A DNA stretch of 64,000 nt from Nitrospirota bacterium (GTDB lineage Bacteria; Nitrospirota; Thermodesulfovibrionia; Thermodesulfovibrionales; JdFR-86), in assembly GCA_963721805.1 (NCBI GenBank), contig CAVRJY010000002.1:1-64000 (forward strand). Reading direction: 5' to 3'. A program made the position numbers and the translations under genes. The notes beneath the pieces were generated by a model. That model did not search any database and was not told the origin of the DNA. It saw only the letters and a list, made by a program, of their open reading frames with translations. Below, one piece after another: positions 1 to 11,791 of the stretch. The stretch's first letter is position 1. The number at the start of each line of letters is the position of its first letter.

Positions 1-1453
1 ATGCGGCGACTAGTTCTTCTTCGAGCTCTGAGATTTCCATCGGCACTGTGGATTCCTCGGAGATCGGAACCTCTGGAACTTCGGGCTCAGGTTCGGCTGT
101 GGATGAGGCCTCAGGAGTCACGGCCTGTGCTTGGCTTGTATAGGACAGGTCATAGTCGTTTCGGTCTATCTGGAGGTCGTACAGCTCGTACAGACGTCCA
201 TCTGGTGCCCAGTCAGGGTTACCAGTAAGATCAAATGCGGTTGGAAGGGTCACCATACGGAGAAAGTCTTTTCCTGATGCGATAGCGATGAACGCCTTGC
301 CGCTGGTCTTGGCCTTGGCCTCATCAGTTGAGGATGAGAATGCCGTACCGAGTTCGTTCACCCAAGTTATGTTGCCTTCAGTCACGTGAGCAGTGACCAG
401 CCTAGAGAGTGCCGTTTTATTGACGTCAAGTTCCTGTTGAAGTTCGCTAAATTTGATCTTGCCAGCCTGAGCTATCTTCCTCAAGAGCTCATAAGCTACG
501 ATCTTCTTGGCACCTAAGCGCTCTTTAAATGAATCCCCAACCACCTGTACGGCCATATGGTAGTCTTGGATCGTCGCTATGACGTTGCCATCATCGTCAC
601 GCTCTCTCTGGTGCTGATAGAAGCACGTTATGGATGAAATCACGTTCATGAGGCCTTGGTATCCTCTACGAGCTGACAATGGAGCCTGTTTACCTACCAT
701 GCGCCTTGAAATCTCCTCACCGAACGGGATATTGACTACCACCTGTTCCAGTGATGAGTGGTAGGCCACCCAAAGGTCTATGAGGGCCTGCTTATGAGGA
801 GCTTTGTTTCCCTTAGCCCTAAGACCAATGGCCATAATGATGGAGTCGGTCTGTGCGGATGACTCATCTGTATGAACCGTAAACAAACGGTCGTCGAGCT
901 GAGCTTCCAGTTTGGGTTTTACCGTTGTAGTGATGAATGCCGTAGGCCCATCGAGGGTTCTCGTTGAGGTCTCGGTTTCTCCGGTGGTAGGGTTATGATC
1001 GGTCACCTCGTATTTGAAAGTGCCAGCAGAGAGGAGTGATCTCAAGGCATATGAGAGCCTTGATGTGTCAGTCTCCCTCTGCAACGAGAAAGCCTCTGAG
1101 AAGATCAGTACCTTATGGACCAGACTTCTTGCGAAGCAATGGAGCGCACGTTCTGAAACATCGGACATGAGTTCGTATGCGCTATTAGGATAGAGCTCTA
1201 GTACATGGTCTAGTGCGAATGACTTGCCGGTGCCTTGAGTTCCGACGCACTTAACGTTGACGGTTTCAGGGGTCTCGTCTTTTGAAATTACTTTGCTGCT
1301 GTCCATGGCAACAGCCAGCATAGCTATTGTGGCTCTTTCGCCAGCAACGCCTATAGCGTTTACAGCGTCGAGCCTCTGTCTGAACAGAGCTGGATCGGAT
1401 TGATTAACGGTATATGGGGGTACGACGGGTGAGTCCAGGGTACTGTCTTCCAT
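1..1453 (-). CDS. P-loop AAA+/MCM-like helicase-type ATPase of a mobile element (3' end outside the window; absent from the ORF track)
   Basis: Manual translation from ATG 1453 (GGAGA RBS): MEDSTLDS...VGTQGTGKS (Walker A)...HKVLIFSE (Walker B-like)...GPTAFITTT...LDDRLF (Arg finger-like), then a wHTH-like segment and an acidic tail. Same frame down to position 1. Confidence 0.7.
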   Translation of the reverse strand, partial: MEDSTLDSPVVPPYTVNQSDPALFRQRLDAVNAIGVAGERATIAMLAVAMDSSKVISKDETPETVNVKCVGTQGTGKSFALDHVLELYPNSAYELMSDVSERALHCFARSLVHKVLIFSEAFSLQRETDTSRLSYALRSLLSAGTFKYEVTDHNPTTGETETSTRTLDGPTAFITTTVKPKLEAQLDDRLFTVHTDESSAQTDSIIMAIGLRAKGNKAPHKQALIDLWVAYHSSLEQVVVNIPFGEEISRRMVGKQAPLSARRGYQGLMNVISSITCFYQHQRERDDDGNVIATIQDYHMAVQVVGDSFKERLGAKKIVAYELLRKIAQAGKIKFSELQQELDVNKTALSRLVTAHVTEGNITWVNELGTAFSSSTDEAKAKTSGKAFIAIASGKDFLRMVTLPTAFDLTGNPDWAPDGRLYELYDLQIDRNDYDLSYTSQAQAVTPEASSTAEPEPEVPEVPISEESTVPMEISELEEELVAA

Positions 1454-1889
1454 AAAAATATCTCCAATAAATCTTGTAATTGAGGGTCGAGGTCATAACC
1501 AGGCCAGAGCATCTCATTCCCTTTTGCTTCCACATTTTAAATCTCTCATTGGTGAAACCATCTCGCTGCCATCGGTGCGTCAATCTCTGCTAAGCTATCG
1601 CCTCCTTTCGTCTATTTGACATGCAATTCATGAGCCAGAGGATACCCCTTGATTTTGAAGGATTTCCCCATAAGGGACTGTTGCAGTAAATACACAGTCG
1701 TTGTAATTTAACCACACCCATTCAGTTAACCACTTGGAATCCCGTTTCAACGACCATCTCATCTGCTTCGTCCATCTTGTTCCATTTATGCCAAAAGTAT
1801 AGCACAAGACATTCTGCTCACCTCCTCGGCTAACGATTAGATCATAGCACTGACAATATGTCGTCACCGTGAGGGCCTAAACTATATCT

Positions 1890-2317
1890 GTGAGGATAGG
1901 TGGAGACAGTGAAGGAGAAGGTGACATTGATATGATGAACTTGGAGCTGAGAACCCTTTCAGATGACCTGCTGGAACTTGTAGAATTCTTGTCGTCATTG
2001 CAGGTTGAGCTGGATGGGCTTAGATCAGGGAATTGTCAGATAAGGGTAATGACTCGCAAAGCTCAGGGAGCTTGACGGAGAATATGAACATGCTAAAAAC
2101 AGTACTTGAAACAACATATGAACTTGTAGAGTTTTTCTGTATAGTGATGGTTTACTGTCCTCTGAGACATCTATTCATGTACTTAAGGATTAGTCAACAA
2201 GATCCTGATCGAGAGTCCAAGTTGTTCAATGCTGCATTATACCTGCGGATCCTCAGCATAGTCTTTGAATATGCTACAGCTATACATGATGCTCAGATAC
2301 TATTACTGCGATCATGA
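1890..2317 (+). other. Two short overlapping hypothetical ORFs (1890-2075, 2033-2317), possibly fragments
   Basis: ORF track; both contain a similar ELVEF motif; no recognisable family. Confidence 0.25.
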
Positions 2318-2571
2318 CGAAGCTATGAGTGAGATCAACTTTGAAATTGTGGCTGACATTGCGCTTAGACGGAGGCTTGGCAGCAGTATGTATTGGATGA
2401 GCTGATCAAGGGAGAAATAACTGATGAGGATTATAAGGAGATGTACAATTACGAGGACGAGGAGATCGAGTTCCTAAAGGAGTGTCTGTAGCAGAGGAGG
2501 GGGCTTGTGGACTCCACTCATCTGTTATATTGTCTTTGTACTGGTACCGATAGCAGGAAAGGATCATTTAA

Positions 2572-2844
2572 ATGTTACATGCCATAGGCGGAGTGATGCT
2601 TATAATCCTATTCTTGTGTGGCCTTGCTGTCCTGGGTGTTTTGTTCATGATATTCAAAATATTTTTGCGTGGTTTTGTAGCCCTGATTGCGGCAGGAGCC
2701 TTTGCATTAATGTTAATTAGTACTGTAATCTCAAGCTGCACGAGTTGTATTCACAACGAAAAGCAGGGTACTGGTACGTCAGTGAAATCGAAAAATGTCA
2801 CGGCATTATGTGCCAGGGGGAGTGTTCGATTTGCTCCGAAATGA
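2572..2844 (+). CDS. Small membrane protein, probably truncated by an IS end
   Basis: Two hydrophobic helices and an upstream AGGA RBS; the C-terminus runs into an IS21-like terminus. Confidence 0.45.
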   Translation: MLHAIGGVMLIILFLCGLAVLGVLFMIFKIFLRGFVALIAAGAFALMLISTVISSCTSCIHNEKQGTGTSVKSKNVTALCARGSVRFAPK

Positions 2845-2870
2845 GTGTTCGGGTAGGTCCGAAATTCTCA
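2821..2870. mobile_element. IS21-family-like terminal remnant
   Basis: Two tandem AGTGTTCG-N7-CCGAAAT units ending in CA (reverse strand begins TGAGAATTTCGG), the multi-repeat end layout of IS21 elements. No istAB in the window. Confidence 0.5.
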
Positions 2871-3169
2871 AATAATCACATGCGACAACCTAATTAGTTG
2901 ATCTATCCTTTCCCTTTTCCCCTTTGTTCTCTTAGCCCTCAACCCACCAAACAAACGCAGCCAGGTTAAGTGCTAGATAGGCACCTCCCAACGGCTATGG
3001 AATATCCGTCTTTAGCAATCCCCGTAAGCAAAAACGCCAGCTCATCTATTTTCAGGTCTAATAGACAGTACAGGAAGGCATTCCGCTCTGCCCGTTCTTT
3101 ATTGACGCGGAGAGTTTAAGCATGTAGTTTATTCGGATGCTAGGTCTAATCGATTAAGGGTTTCGACGG

Positions 3170-4366
3170 TTAACAAGCGGTCAACATTTGCCAATGGCGT
3201 TTTCCTTGCCTCAATAAACAGTGGTTCCCGTTCTGTGGGGCTGGAGCAAACTTGCAATCGTATTCCATTATAAAGCTTGATATTAACTTGCCAATTAAAA
3301 TAGATTGTTCATTGTTTGCATGACAGATGCCATGTCCAATGATTGATGTATTTCTAAGTTTAATCGCATTCCAGATACCAGTAATCATCTCAGGATCAAA
3401 GTCATTTTTGTATATATTAATTATAGCCGTCCATAAGGTTCCAATGCCGTTTATAGAATCGTTATTGAGTAGGTATGCTCCAGCTGAATGTTTCGGATTC
3501 CTTCTATCGATATTAAATGTGCCTAGTTGTTCATGAATCAATATTCCTTGGCGATATACTTCAAGGGATCTTAAAGCTAACGCAGCGGAAATAGTATATT
3601 TTTCAATCATTCTGTACTGTGTTGCAAGAATCATGAAATATACAGAATACCATGTCAATAGTCTTGGCATTTTCTTCTGTCTAATTTCACTATTAAAGGA
3701 TAGCTTTAGTTCTTTGGCTATCTTTAAGAAATTAATTCTGGCTTTTATTTTCTCTGTTAATACTGGCGAGTGTTTTGTGACTTCCTGAAGGAGTTGAGTA
3801 TATATTGACAGGCATGAGGGAATTATCTCAGATAACATATCATCATAAAAACCTGACAATACAATGTCTTGCAAAGTCCGCCTGCCGTCACCAAAGAAAA
3901 AAGTTTTCTCTGCTTCTAATAAATTTATCAGCAAACCAGAGGACTTCATTAGTGCACTTCTAACCGTATCATCTGATATATGCTTTATATGTTTTCTGAA
4001 CTTATCAAAAATGGTTCTCAATTGTGAAATATTGTTTTGCGCAGGAGAACAGCTTCAGATCAAGCAACACATCCCGACATAAATTAACAATCGAATCATC
4101 GTTACGACCATTTCTTCCAAATTCAAAACCACTATGGGTGAGTGAGCGTTATGATGAAGAGTGTTGTTTTATCCAACACAAGGCCTTCATCAGATAAATA
4201 ATGACCGAACATGGAATCTGAATAACTTCCAGTTAAATGCAAAACTTTGTTTACTTTACGATGGATTTCAGGCCTAGAAGATTCTGATAATACGATTTAC
4301 ACCGCTATCCCCTTCTATGATTAGCAATATATAACAATCGGCTTTCCGCATCGAGTTTATTGACAT
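3170..4366 (-). CDS. Putative HEPN-motif protein (N-terminus frameshifted; intact ORF 3170-4021)
   Basis: C-terminal LRNTSIIGHG (R-X6-H) preceded by LRSLEVYRQ, similar to the HEPN of TIGR02710/Csm6-like proteins. Probable start ATG 4366. Confidence 0.55.
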
Positions 4367-4369
4367 AAC

Positions 4370-6560
4370 TGTTTGTTAAGCGCAACCAATTCCTCATAGT
4401 GATTCTCTGAATCGTATGTTGACCTCCAATAATATCAAGGCGGAGTATGCTCCGTCGAACTCGTTGTCAATTATCTCATTTGCAGCGTCTACTGCTATCG
4501 CCAACAAAAATATCTAAGTCGTATTTAAGCATTTTGTTTTAGTTTGTTGCAGCCAAAGCAACATCTTCCCCAACTTGATCCTGGTTAAAGTATCGAACTC
4601 TGTGTGAAACCTTTTTTTACTGAGTTTCTTCTTCCCCTGACAGCCTTTATGTCTGACTTCTTTTTTTCCTGTGCTCTAGTTAATAATTTCACGATCATAC
4701 GGGGGGAGTACTAAAATTAACCATGTCGCTTCCCTCAAATGATTTTTTCGTGGATTTCTATGTAAATTGCTCATAAACCGTCACAATTGTCAGCGCCTAA
4801 TTCCTGTAGTTTAACAAGCTGAATCGCTAATTTCATCAGGGTTCAAACCTGCTAGGGCTGAACAACTGATTGAGCATTACTTTTATTGCCAAGTACTGCA
4901 AGTAATAAATGGCTTAACGCTTTCCTCGTATCACTAGATTTAGCATTAATATTCTTTCCATCAGCAAATACAGAGTGCTGCATATATTCTTGCTCAAAAG
5001 AAAACAAGAACCCCTTATCTTGAAGAGCAAGATCAATCAATACAATGAACGCATTAGTAACTTCACTAAGTGATAGATTCATATCTTTGACTACATCTAT
5101 GAATGCACCCCAAGCCATGAGTAAAGATCGCTGAAAAATGGCATACCTTATAATATCAGCAACATTAGCAGCTCTCTCATCGCTTACGTCTTCTTCAAAT
5201 TTATTGTAAATAATACTTGCTTCCTTATGGTTCTTTTCATCGCCGATAGGATTAAAATTAAGTATCTGGTCAATAGCTATACCATAGTCAGCACTTTTTG
5301 GGTCCTTAGATTCCTTATCCTTTAATTCCTCCAGTTTGGTATTGAATATATTAAAAGCCTTTTTGTATTCTTTTGTTTTAAAAAAGACATCAAGTAAACA
5401 TGGCACCAAGTATTTATTAATCTGAATTTCAAGTAATTTCTTCTGTGATAATGAGAACCGATCCCATTCGACTGGTTTTATTCCTTCTTCATTATAAAGC
5501 AGCTCATCTGGTAACTCTGAAAGATTTAGTATGTACTTCATCCTGTGTTTATCTTTTAAAACACTTTCTGACAATGCTTTGTCCAAGACACCAATGCTCG
5601 ACAGCGAATAATCTCTTTGAATAACAGTGGATTCCTTATCCTTTTTTGTATTCCACTCAATAACGGCAAGCGCTCTATCCCCTAGGCCCTCGGTGTTCAT
5701 GAGTTGATCGCAGAAATTCCTACAAGTTAAGTGGCTTAAATTTTTATCAGATAATAAAATATAAAAATGCCCGCCAACACGTTCGACAGTTTTATTAACA
5801 TCAATAAACAAATGCCTAAATACATGTGGGACCGTAGGAAGAGATTTTAACTCAGATTCTTTTTCTTTTGTAGAGTTTGGTGCAAAAAGTATGCAAACAG
5901 GCACTACAAGGTCTTTAATTACTGAGGGTTTGTTTTCATATATGTCTATTAATGCTTTGAGCCTGTGTTGACCATCTATAATTACAAGTTTTGTTCCATA
6001 CTTTTGATTGCCTTTAGCCATCCTAACTTCAGAAGCTGCAATCAGTGCCCTCTGTTTGTTCTCAATCCTTTTCGCTGGCTAAATTTAAATCATACGCATC
6101 AGCACTTTGACTAGCTAGATAAGTTAATTTGAAGTGGCCTTTCCACTCGCGAACGACTAAGCCTTCAGCTGGCATAACGGTATCTCGTTCATCAGAATAA
6201 TAATCTTGCATTTTATTCCCTATAACGGGGATAATTGCTGCAAGTAATGGAGGAAAAAATACGGTTGTGCGTTTTCTTTCAGGCTCAGTAACTTTTTCTG
6301 GGTTTGGAGAAATATATGGTTCTATCTCAGTTTCAACTCGACGCTCATCAATATCCCCTTTGAATAAGCATTTCAAAATCAACTTTATCTTGTCTTATAT
6401 CTCGTGCAAAAGAAAGGTCAGATTTAAGCTCGTGCGCAGTAAATGATGTCATAACGAACTCAAGCGGGAAAGAGTCTTTAGTTAAAAAGCGTCCGAAACT
6501 TCCATTTTTTTCAAAGTCATACTCCTTAGCTTCTTTTACCTTTCTTAACCCACTCTCCAT
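4370..6560 (-). CDS. Large DGQHR-domain (DndB/ParB-like) protein, about 700 aa, split by frameshifts
   Basis: Joined fragments give MESGLRK...LIQRDIDERRV...VFFPPLL...IIDGQHRL...LFIDVN. AGGAGG RBS before ATG 6560; 3' end approximate. Confidence 0.75.
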
Positions 6561-6569
6561 CAGTCCTCC

Positions 6570-7198
6570 TAATACGTGTTGTTTATCTGAAACAGGCTTC
6601 GATAATGCCTGCAAATATTTCTCGAGTAATTTTAACACAACTTCATTGCTCTCACCTACCTTGAAAGGGATACAAGTAAAAACAAGGTCATCCCAATCAA
6701 TTTCCGTCTTTTTAAGTCTACATCCAAACAAGCCCTCATCGGTCTCGTTTTCATAATTGGACATATGTTGCAAGTATCTGTCATAAAGTGTTTGTTTTTT
6801 TGTAATCCCGACATAAATTGGCTGAGCAAAAAGGCTAATTCCTTCAATTAAGCGAAGAAGACTCAAGAAATTGTCGTGGGGTATGGCTGCGATTTTCGTC
6901 AATGAGTTCATATTGAGGCACTTTTGATGCTATGACTTTATATTTGTCTTTTAGGTGGTTCCCTTTATCTATGCTACTCAGCTCGCCATTAAGGTCGGCA
7001 CCTGCGATGAACTCAAATACTTTTCTAAGGCGACTAGCAAAAACTGTTTTTGCCATATCTAATTTCTCATCACTAAAAGTTGTTCGTCCAAGAAGCCCAA
7101 GTTTTTGAGGATTTATGAGGTTCAGATAAAAGGCATAAAGTCCTTGTGTTTTTGGGATGTCCTCTCTAGTAGAAGACCACGTATGACTTAATCTCCAT
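6570..7198 (-). CDS. GIY-YIG-like endonuclease (frameshifted)
   Basis: DIPKTQGLYAFY...PIYVGIT..QTLYDRYLQH...LLEKYL..L.KP across ORFs 6844-7302 and 6348-6911, with a long insertion between the GLY and YVG motifs. Confidence 0.6.
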
Positions 7199-7267
7199 GA
7201 ATTAATATATATAACTAAGTGATTTAAAGCTACTCCGCCCAAACAATTAAGACTTCCACTCCAATTA

Positions 7268-7297
7268 TTGACACTTCCAAATGCTATATGATAGACT
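7268..7297 (+). promoter_or_regulatory. Putative sigma-70 promoter of dndBCDE
   Basis: TTGACA-18 bp-TAGACT with an extended -10 TG, then GGAGG and ATG 7319. Confidence 0.4.
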
Positions 7298-7318
7298 TCC
7301 ATCGTATGGAGGATTGAA

Positions 7319-8413
7319 ATGCAAACTTACGAATAGTTTTTACGGCACTAAAAGGAAAACAAGCTGGACGAGACTACTTCGTGGTCATGTGTCCCCTTAA
7401 GCTAGTCCCAAAGATTTTGCTCTTTCAGGAGGAGGAACTGCCTCCCGAGCTCCGAGCACAGCGAGTGCTGAACAAAGCCCGTGTACCAGAAATAGCTAAC
7501 TACGTTACTTCAAATAGAACTAATTATATTTTCTCTTCGATTACGGCATCAATTGACGCAAAAGTTATTTTTGACAACCTTAAACTTGCTGACGAAACAC
7601 TGGAAGATATTGGCAAGCTAAGGGTTCCAATGGATGCTAGGATTCTGGTTAACGATGGGCAACATAGACGTGCTGCCATAGAAGAAGCATTGAAGGAACA
7701 TCCTGATTTAGGTGACGAGACAATATCTGTTGTTTTTTTTATAGATGTTGGACTGAAGAAAAGCCAGCAGATGTTCGCTGACCTCAATAAACATGCTATC
7801 AGGCCCACTAGATCCATAGGTATACTTTATGACCATCGTGACCCACTTTCAATGTTCAGCAAAAGATATCGTTGATAAGGTAGCAATGTTCAGAAACTTA
7901 ACTGAAATGGAAAAAACAACGATTTCTAACCGATCCACCAAGTTGTTCACTTTAAGCGGTATATATCAAGGAACACTTAGTCTCCTTGGAAAAACAAATA
8001 AATCTAATTCAATAACTGATGAGGAATGGTCCTTGGCTATCGAATATTGGACTCATGTTGCTGAGACTTTTAGTGACTGGAAACTTGCTGCCAAAAAAGC
8101 CGTAAGCACCTTCGAACTCAGGAGAGACTACATACATTCACACGCGCTTGCCCTTCATGCAATTGGTAGACTTGGATTTAGTCTTTTATCCACGCCTAAC
8201 AAGGACTACAAGAAAGAACTGAAGAAGTTAGGCAAAATTGATTGGGCGAGAAAGAATCAAGCTTTGTGGGAAGGGCGAGCAATGATTGGGGGTAAAATCA
8301 GTAAATCCCATATATGCGTCATGCTGACAACTAATCTTCTTAAAAATAAGTTTGGATTAGAATTAAATCCTGATGAAAGAGAAGCAGAGGAAATCTTTTT
8401 GAAAAATGCTTAA
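7319..8413 (+). CDS. dndB: DNA sulfur modification protein DndB (frameshifted)
   Basis: RAQRVLNKARVP, YIFSSITASID, NDGQHRRAAI, QQMFADLN, KLFTLS; first gene of the dnd order. Confidence 0.9.
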
Positions 8414-9804
8414 GCAATCGAAAGATAGATTTCACTGAGATAATTGAACACATAAAGAAGGTTTATATAACCTATAATCGTCCCCTAATTATTGGCTTTT
8501 CAGGGGGGAAAGATTCTACTTTAACCCTTCAACTAGTTTGGGAAGCGATAGAGCAACTTGATAGGACTCAGCTTAAGCAACACATATATGTCATAACTAC
8601 AGACACCTTAGTTGAAACGCCCTATATCCAGGCGTTTATCCTTGAGAATATCGCAAACATTAACAAGAAGGCAAAGGAGCGTGATCTCCCAATAACAGCC
8701 CAGATACTTTTGCCAGATTTAGGGGATAGCTTCTGGGTTAATCTTATTGGGAAAGGGTATCCTGCACCTTCACGAATGTTCAGATGGTGCACTGAAAGGC
8801 TAAAGATTGAGCCAGTTGATCGGTTTATTAGGGAGCATGTCGATAAATGGGGAGAGGCTACTGTAGTCATTGGGGCACGAAGAGGTCGAGTTCCTCAAGA
8901 AGTCAGGTGCTTAGCAATAAAGCACGTGATCCTTTAGGACTATCAAAACATATATCACTACCAGCTGCCTATGTATATACTCCCATCGAACATTTATCTA
9001 ACGATGACGTTTGGCAATATCTTACAGCCGAGGACAATATTTGGGGGATGGATAACAAAATAATTTCTCGACTATATCAAAGTGCTGCTGGTGGTGAATG
9101 CCCAATGGTTCTTGATACGTCAACGCCATGGTGTGGGAAATAGTAGGTTTGGCTGCTGGTCATGTACTGTTGTTCAAAAAGACCTCTCAATGGAGGATCT
9201 CATCGATATGGGCGAGAAATGGATGCAACCTCTCCTTAGCTTTAGAAACTTACTTTCAAGCACCCAAGACCCTGCAATTAAACACAAATTCAGGAGTCAT
9301 AAAAGACGTGATGGTCGTATCGCGTTAGTGCGAGACAAATCAAAATTATCATATGGGCCCTATAAATTTGAATGGAGGAAAGAGTTCCTTAAGGAGCTTC
9401 TTCGGGCACAGAACTGATAAGAGCTAACGGTCCAGATCCATCAGCTGTACTTATAACCCGAGAAGAGTTAGATCATATTCGAAATATATGGAAAGAGGAG
9501 GATTATGACTGGGAAGATTCCGTCCCTAGTATATATAAAGAAATAACAGGTAAAGATCTCTATTTTGAGAAAGATGATGGAGTCAATCTGACCGTCGAGG
9601 GATCTAGAGCTTCTCACGGAAATATGTGAGAGTCATCACGTACCAATTGGTCTTGTAGCAAAGCTTATAGATCAAGAGCGCAAAATGCAAGGTATTAGCA
9701 GGCGTGTTGGTGTATTAAACAATATAGATAAAATATTTTCTGAGGACTGGGAATCTGAAGAAGAAGCTATAGTTGCACTTGAGGCTCAAAATGCTACTGA
9801 ATAA
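8406..9804 (+). CDS. dndC: DNA phosphorothioation sulfurtransferase DndC (several frameshifts)
   Basis: IIGFSGGKDS, DTLVETP, FWVNLIGKGYPAP, FRWCTERLKIEP, GGECP, SRFGCWSCTVV, YGPY motifs spread over several frames. Confidence 0.9.
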
Positions 9805-11789
9805 GATAATTGTCAACAACCTCGGAGTTTTTTCTGGAAGGCACGTAATTGATCTTACTCCAAGGGTTTATAAGGAGAAAGTGCGTCCTATAATTCTGTT
9901 TGGTGGAATGAACGGATCAGGTAAAACAACGATCTTTGATGCCATTAAATTATGCTTCTATGGGGCTGAAGCATTTGAGTCAACAAAGGATGCTGTTTAC
10001 AAGAAATATCTTAAGGAGAAGATCAACTCATCTAACAACTCCTTAATTAAAGCTGCTAACGCTTCGATTGCCATTGAGTTCGAGCACTCGTCATTCGGAG
10101 AGAAAAATACCTATTGTATTGAGCGGTACTGGGAGAAGCAGAAAGAGACTATTAATGAATATCTTAATATCAAGAAAAATGGATCTCCAATTGATGAAAT
10201 TGATAAAACTAATTGGCAGACATTCATAAAAGAATTGATCCCCGTTGGACTCTCACAACTATTTTTCTTTGATGGTGAAAAGATTCAGAAAATCATGAAT
10301 GATGAAGATAACTCTGAGTTAAAGAAATCGATAATGACCCTGCTTGGATTAGACCTAATTGAAAGATTGCAGTCTGACCTTAAAATATATAAAAGAGAGT
10401 TACACAAGAAAAGCACTGATTCTGGTCTAGTTGCTGAAATAGAGTCAGTGGAGCTCGAAATGAAACAAGTTACGCGTGAATTACATAAACACAAAGAAGC
10501 TCTTGTAACATATCAAGGTGAAGCAGATGATGTTGAAGAACGAATTAAAGCTTGTGAAAATAGGATAAACGAACAAGGTGGCGGATATTTCGAGCGGAAA
10601 GATGACATATCAAATCAAAAGAATGAGAAAGAAAGAGAACTTGAGACTCTGACTGATGAGATAAGGAAAATAGCGTCTGGGTTACTACCTCTTGCTATTG
10701 TCGGAAAGCTGGCCAGTAAGCTCCGGAATCAGCTAATTGCTGAAGAGGAGCACCAAACGATAAAGAATGCCCATAATATTCTCATGTGTAAACTTGGGTC
10801 TAATCAAGATGCATTCAATCGATTAAGAGGAGCAACCGTATCAAATAGCATCGAATTCCAGAAGTCTCTTGTAGAACTAATTGATCAAATTCTCTCAACT
10901 ACCGAAGAGGCAGTCGAAGTCAATGAAATCCACAATTTATCGATAAATCAAATCAACCAAATCCGTAGCGATATCGCCTATGCTACAACAGAATTACCAG
11001 CACATCTAATTAAAATAACTAAACATTATGAGGCTACGTACAGAGAACTACAGGATATTCATTCTAAACTCGCTGGAGTTCCATCAAATGATTTAATGCA
11101 GCCGCTATACGAAAAGCTTGCCTTATTAAATAAAGAACTTGGTGGCTTTGTTGTGTTAATTAAGCAGGAGAATGAAACTATAGCAACACTTGAATTTAAA
11201 CTTATAGAGCTTGACCGGAAAACGAATAAGATTCATGATAAAATATTATCAAACAAATCAAAACAAACAAAATTGGGCCTCATTGAAAAAACAAATGCGG
11301 TCTTTGCTGCTTACTACAAGAAGCTTAGCAAAAGTAAAATAATGAAGCTTCAATCTGAGTTCTTTAATATCTTTCTATCTTTACACAGAAAAGAAGATCT
11401 CATAAGCAAGATTGAAATAAACCCAGATACGTTTGATATATATATCTATGATAAATATGGATCCAAAATTAATAAGAATAGACTGTCATCGGGAGAACTT
11501 GAGATATATGCTATTTCAATGGTTTGGGCTTTAGCTAGAAATATCCGGTCAAAATCTCCCTTTTGCAGTAGATACTCCTCTAGCAAGACTTGACTCAAAG
11601 CATAGGGATAATCTTATAAAACAGTTTTTCCCCAATGCTTCTCATCAGATGCTTATATTTTCCACGGATACAGAAGTCGACAAAAAGTACTTTGAGTTAT
11701 TAGAACCTTTTGTAGCAAAAGCATATAGATTCGAGTACTCTGACGTCGATAAACAATCTAAAATATCACAAGGTTACTTTTGGGAGTGA
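9791..11789 (+). CDS. dndD: DNA sulfur modification ATPase DndD (SMC-like; frameshift near 11545)
   Basis: GGMNGSGKTT, LFFFDGEKI, coiled coil, LSSGE. A second frame continues DTPLARLDSKHR...FPNASHQ..FSTDTEVD..GYFWE. Confidence 0.92.
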
Positions 11790-11791
11790 TT

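Noticed and set aside
1..228. 75-aa plus-strand ORF
   Set aside because: It is antisense to the longer minus-strand ATPase frame.
4022..4366. CARF domain on the HEPN protein
   Set aside because: The repaired N-terminal frames show no convincing CARF motif.
9400..9430. Selenocysteine or readthrough at the dndC TGA
   Set aside because: Coding continues in another frame, so a missing base explains it.
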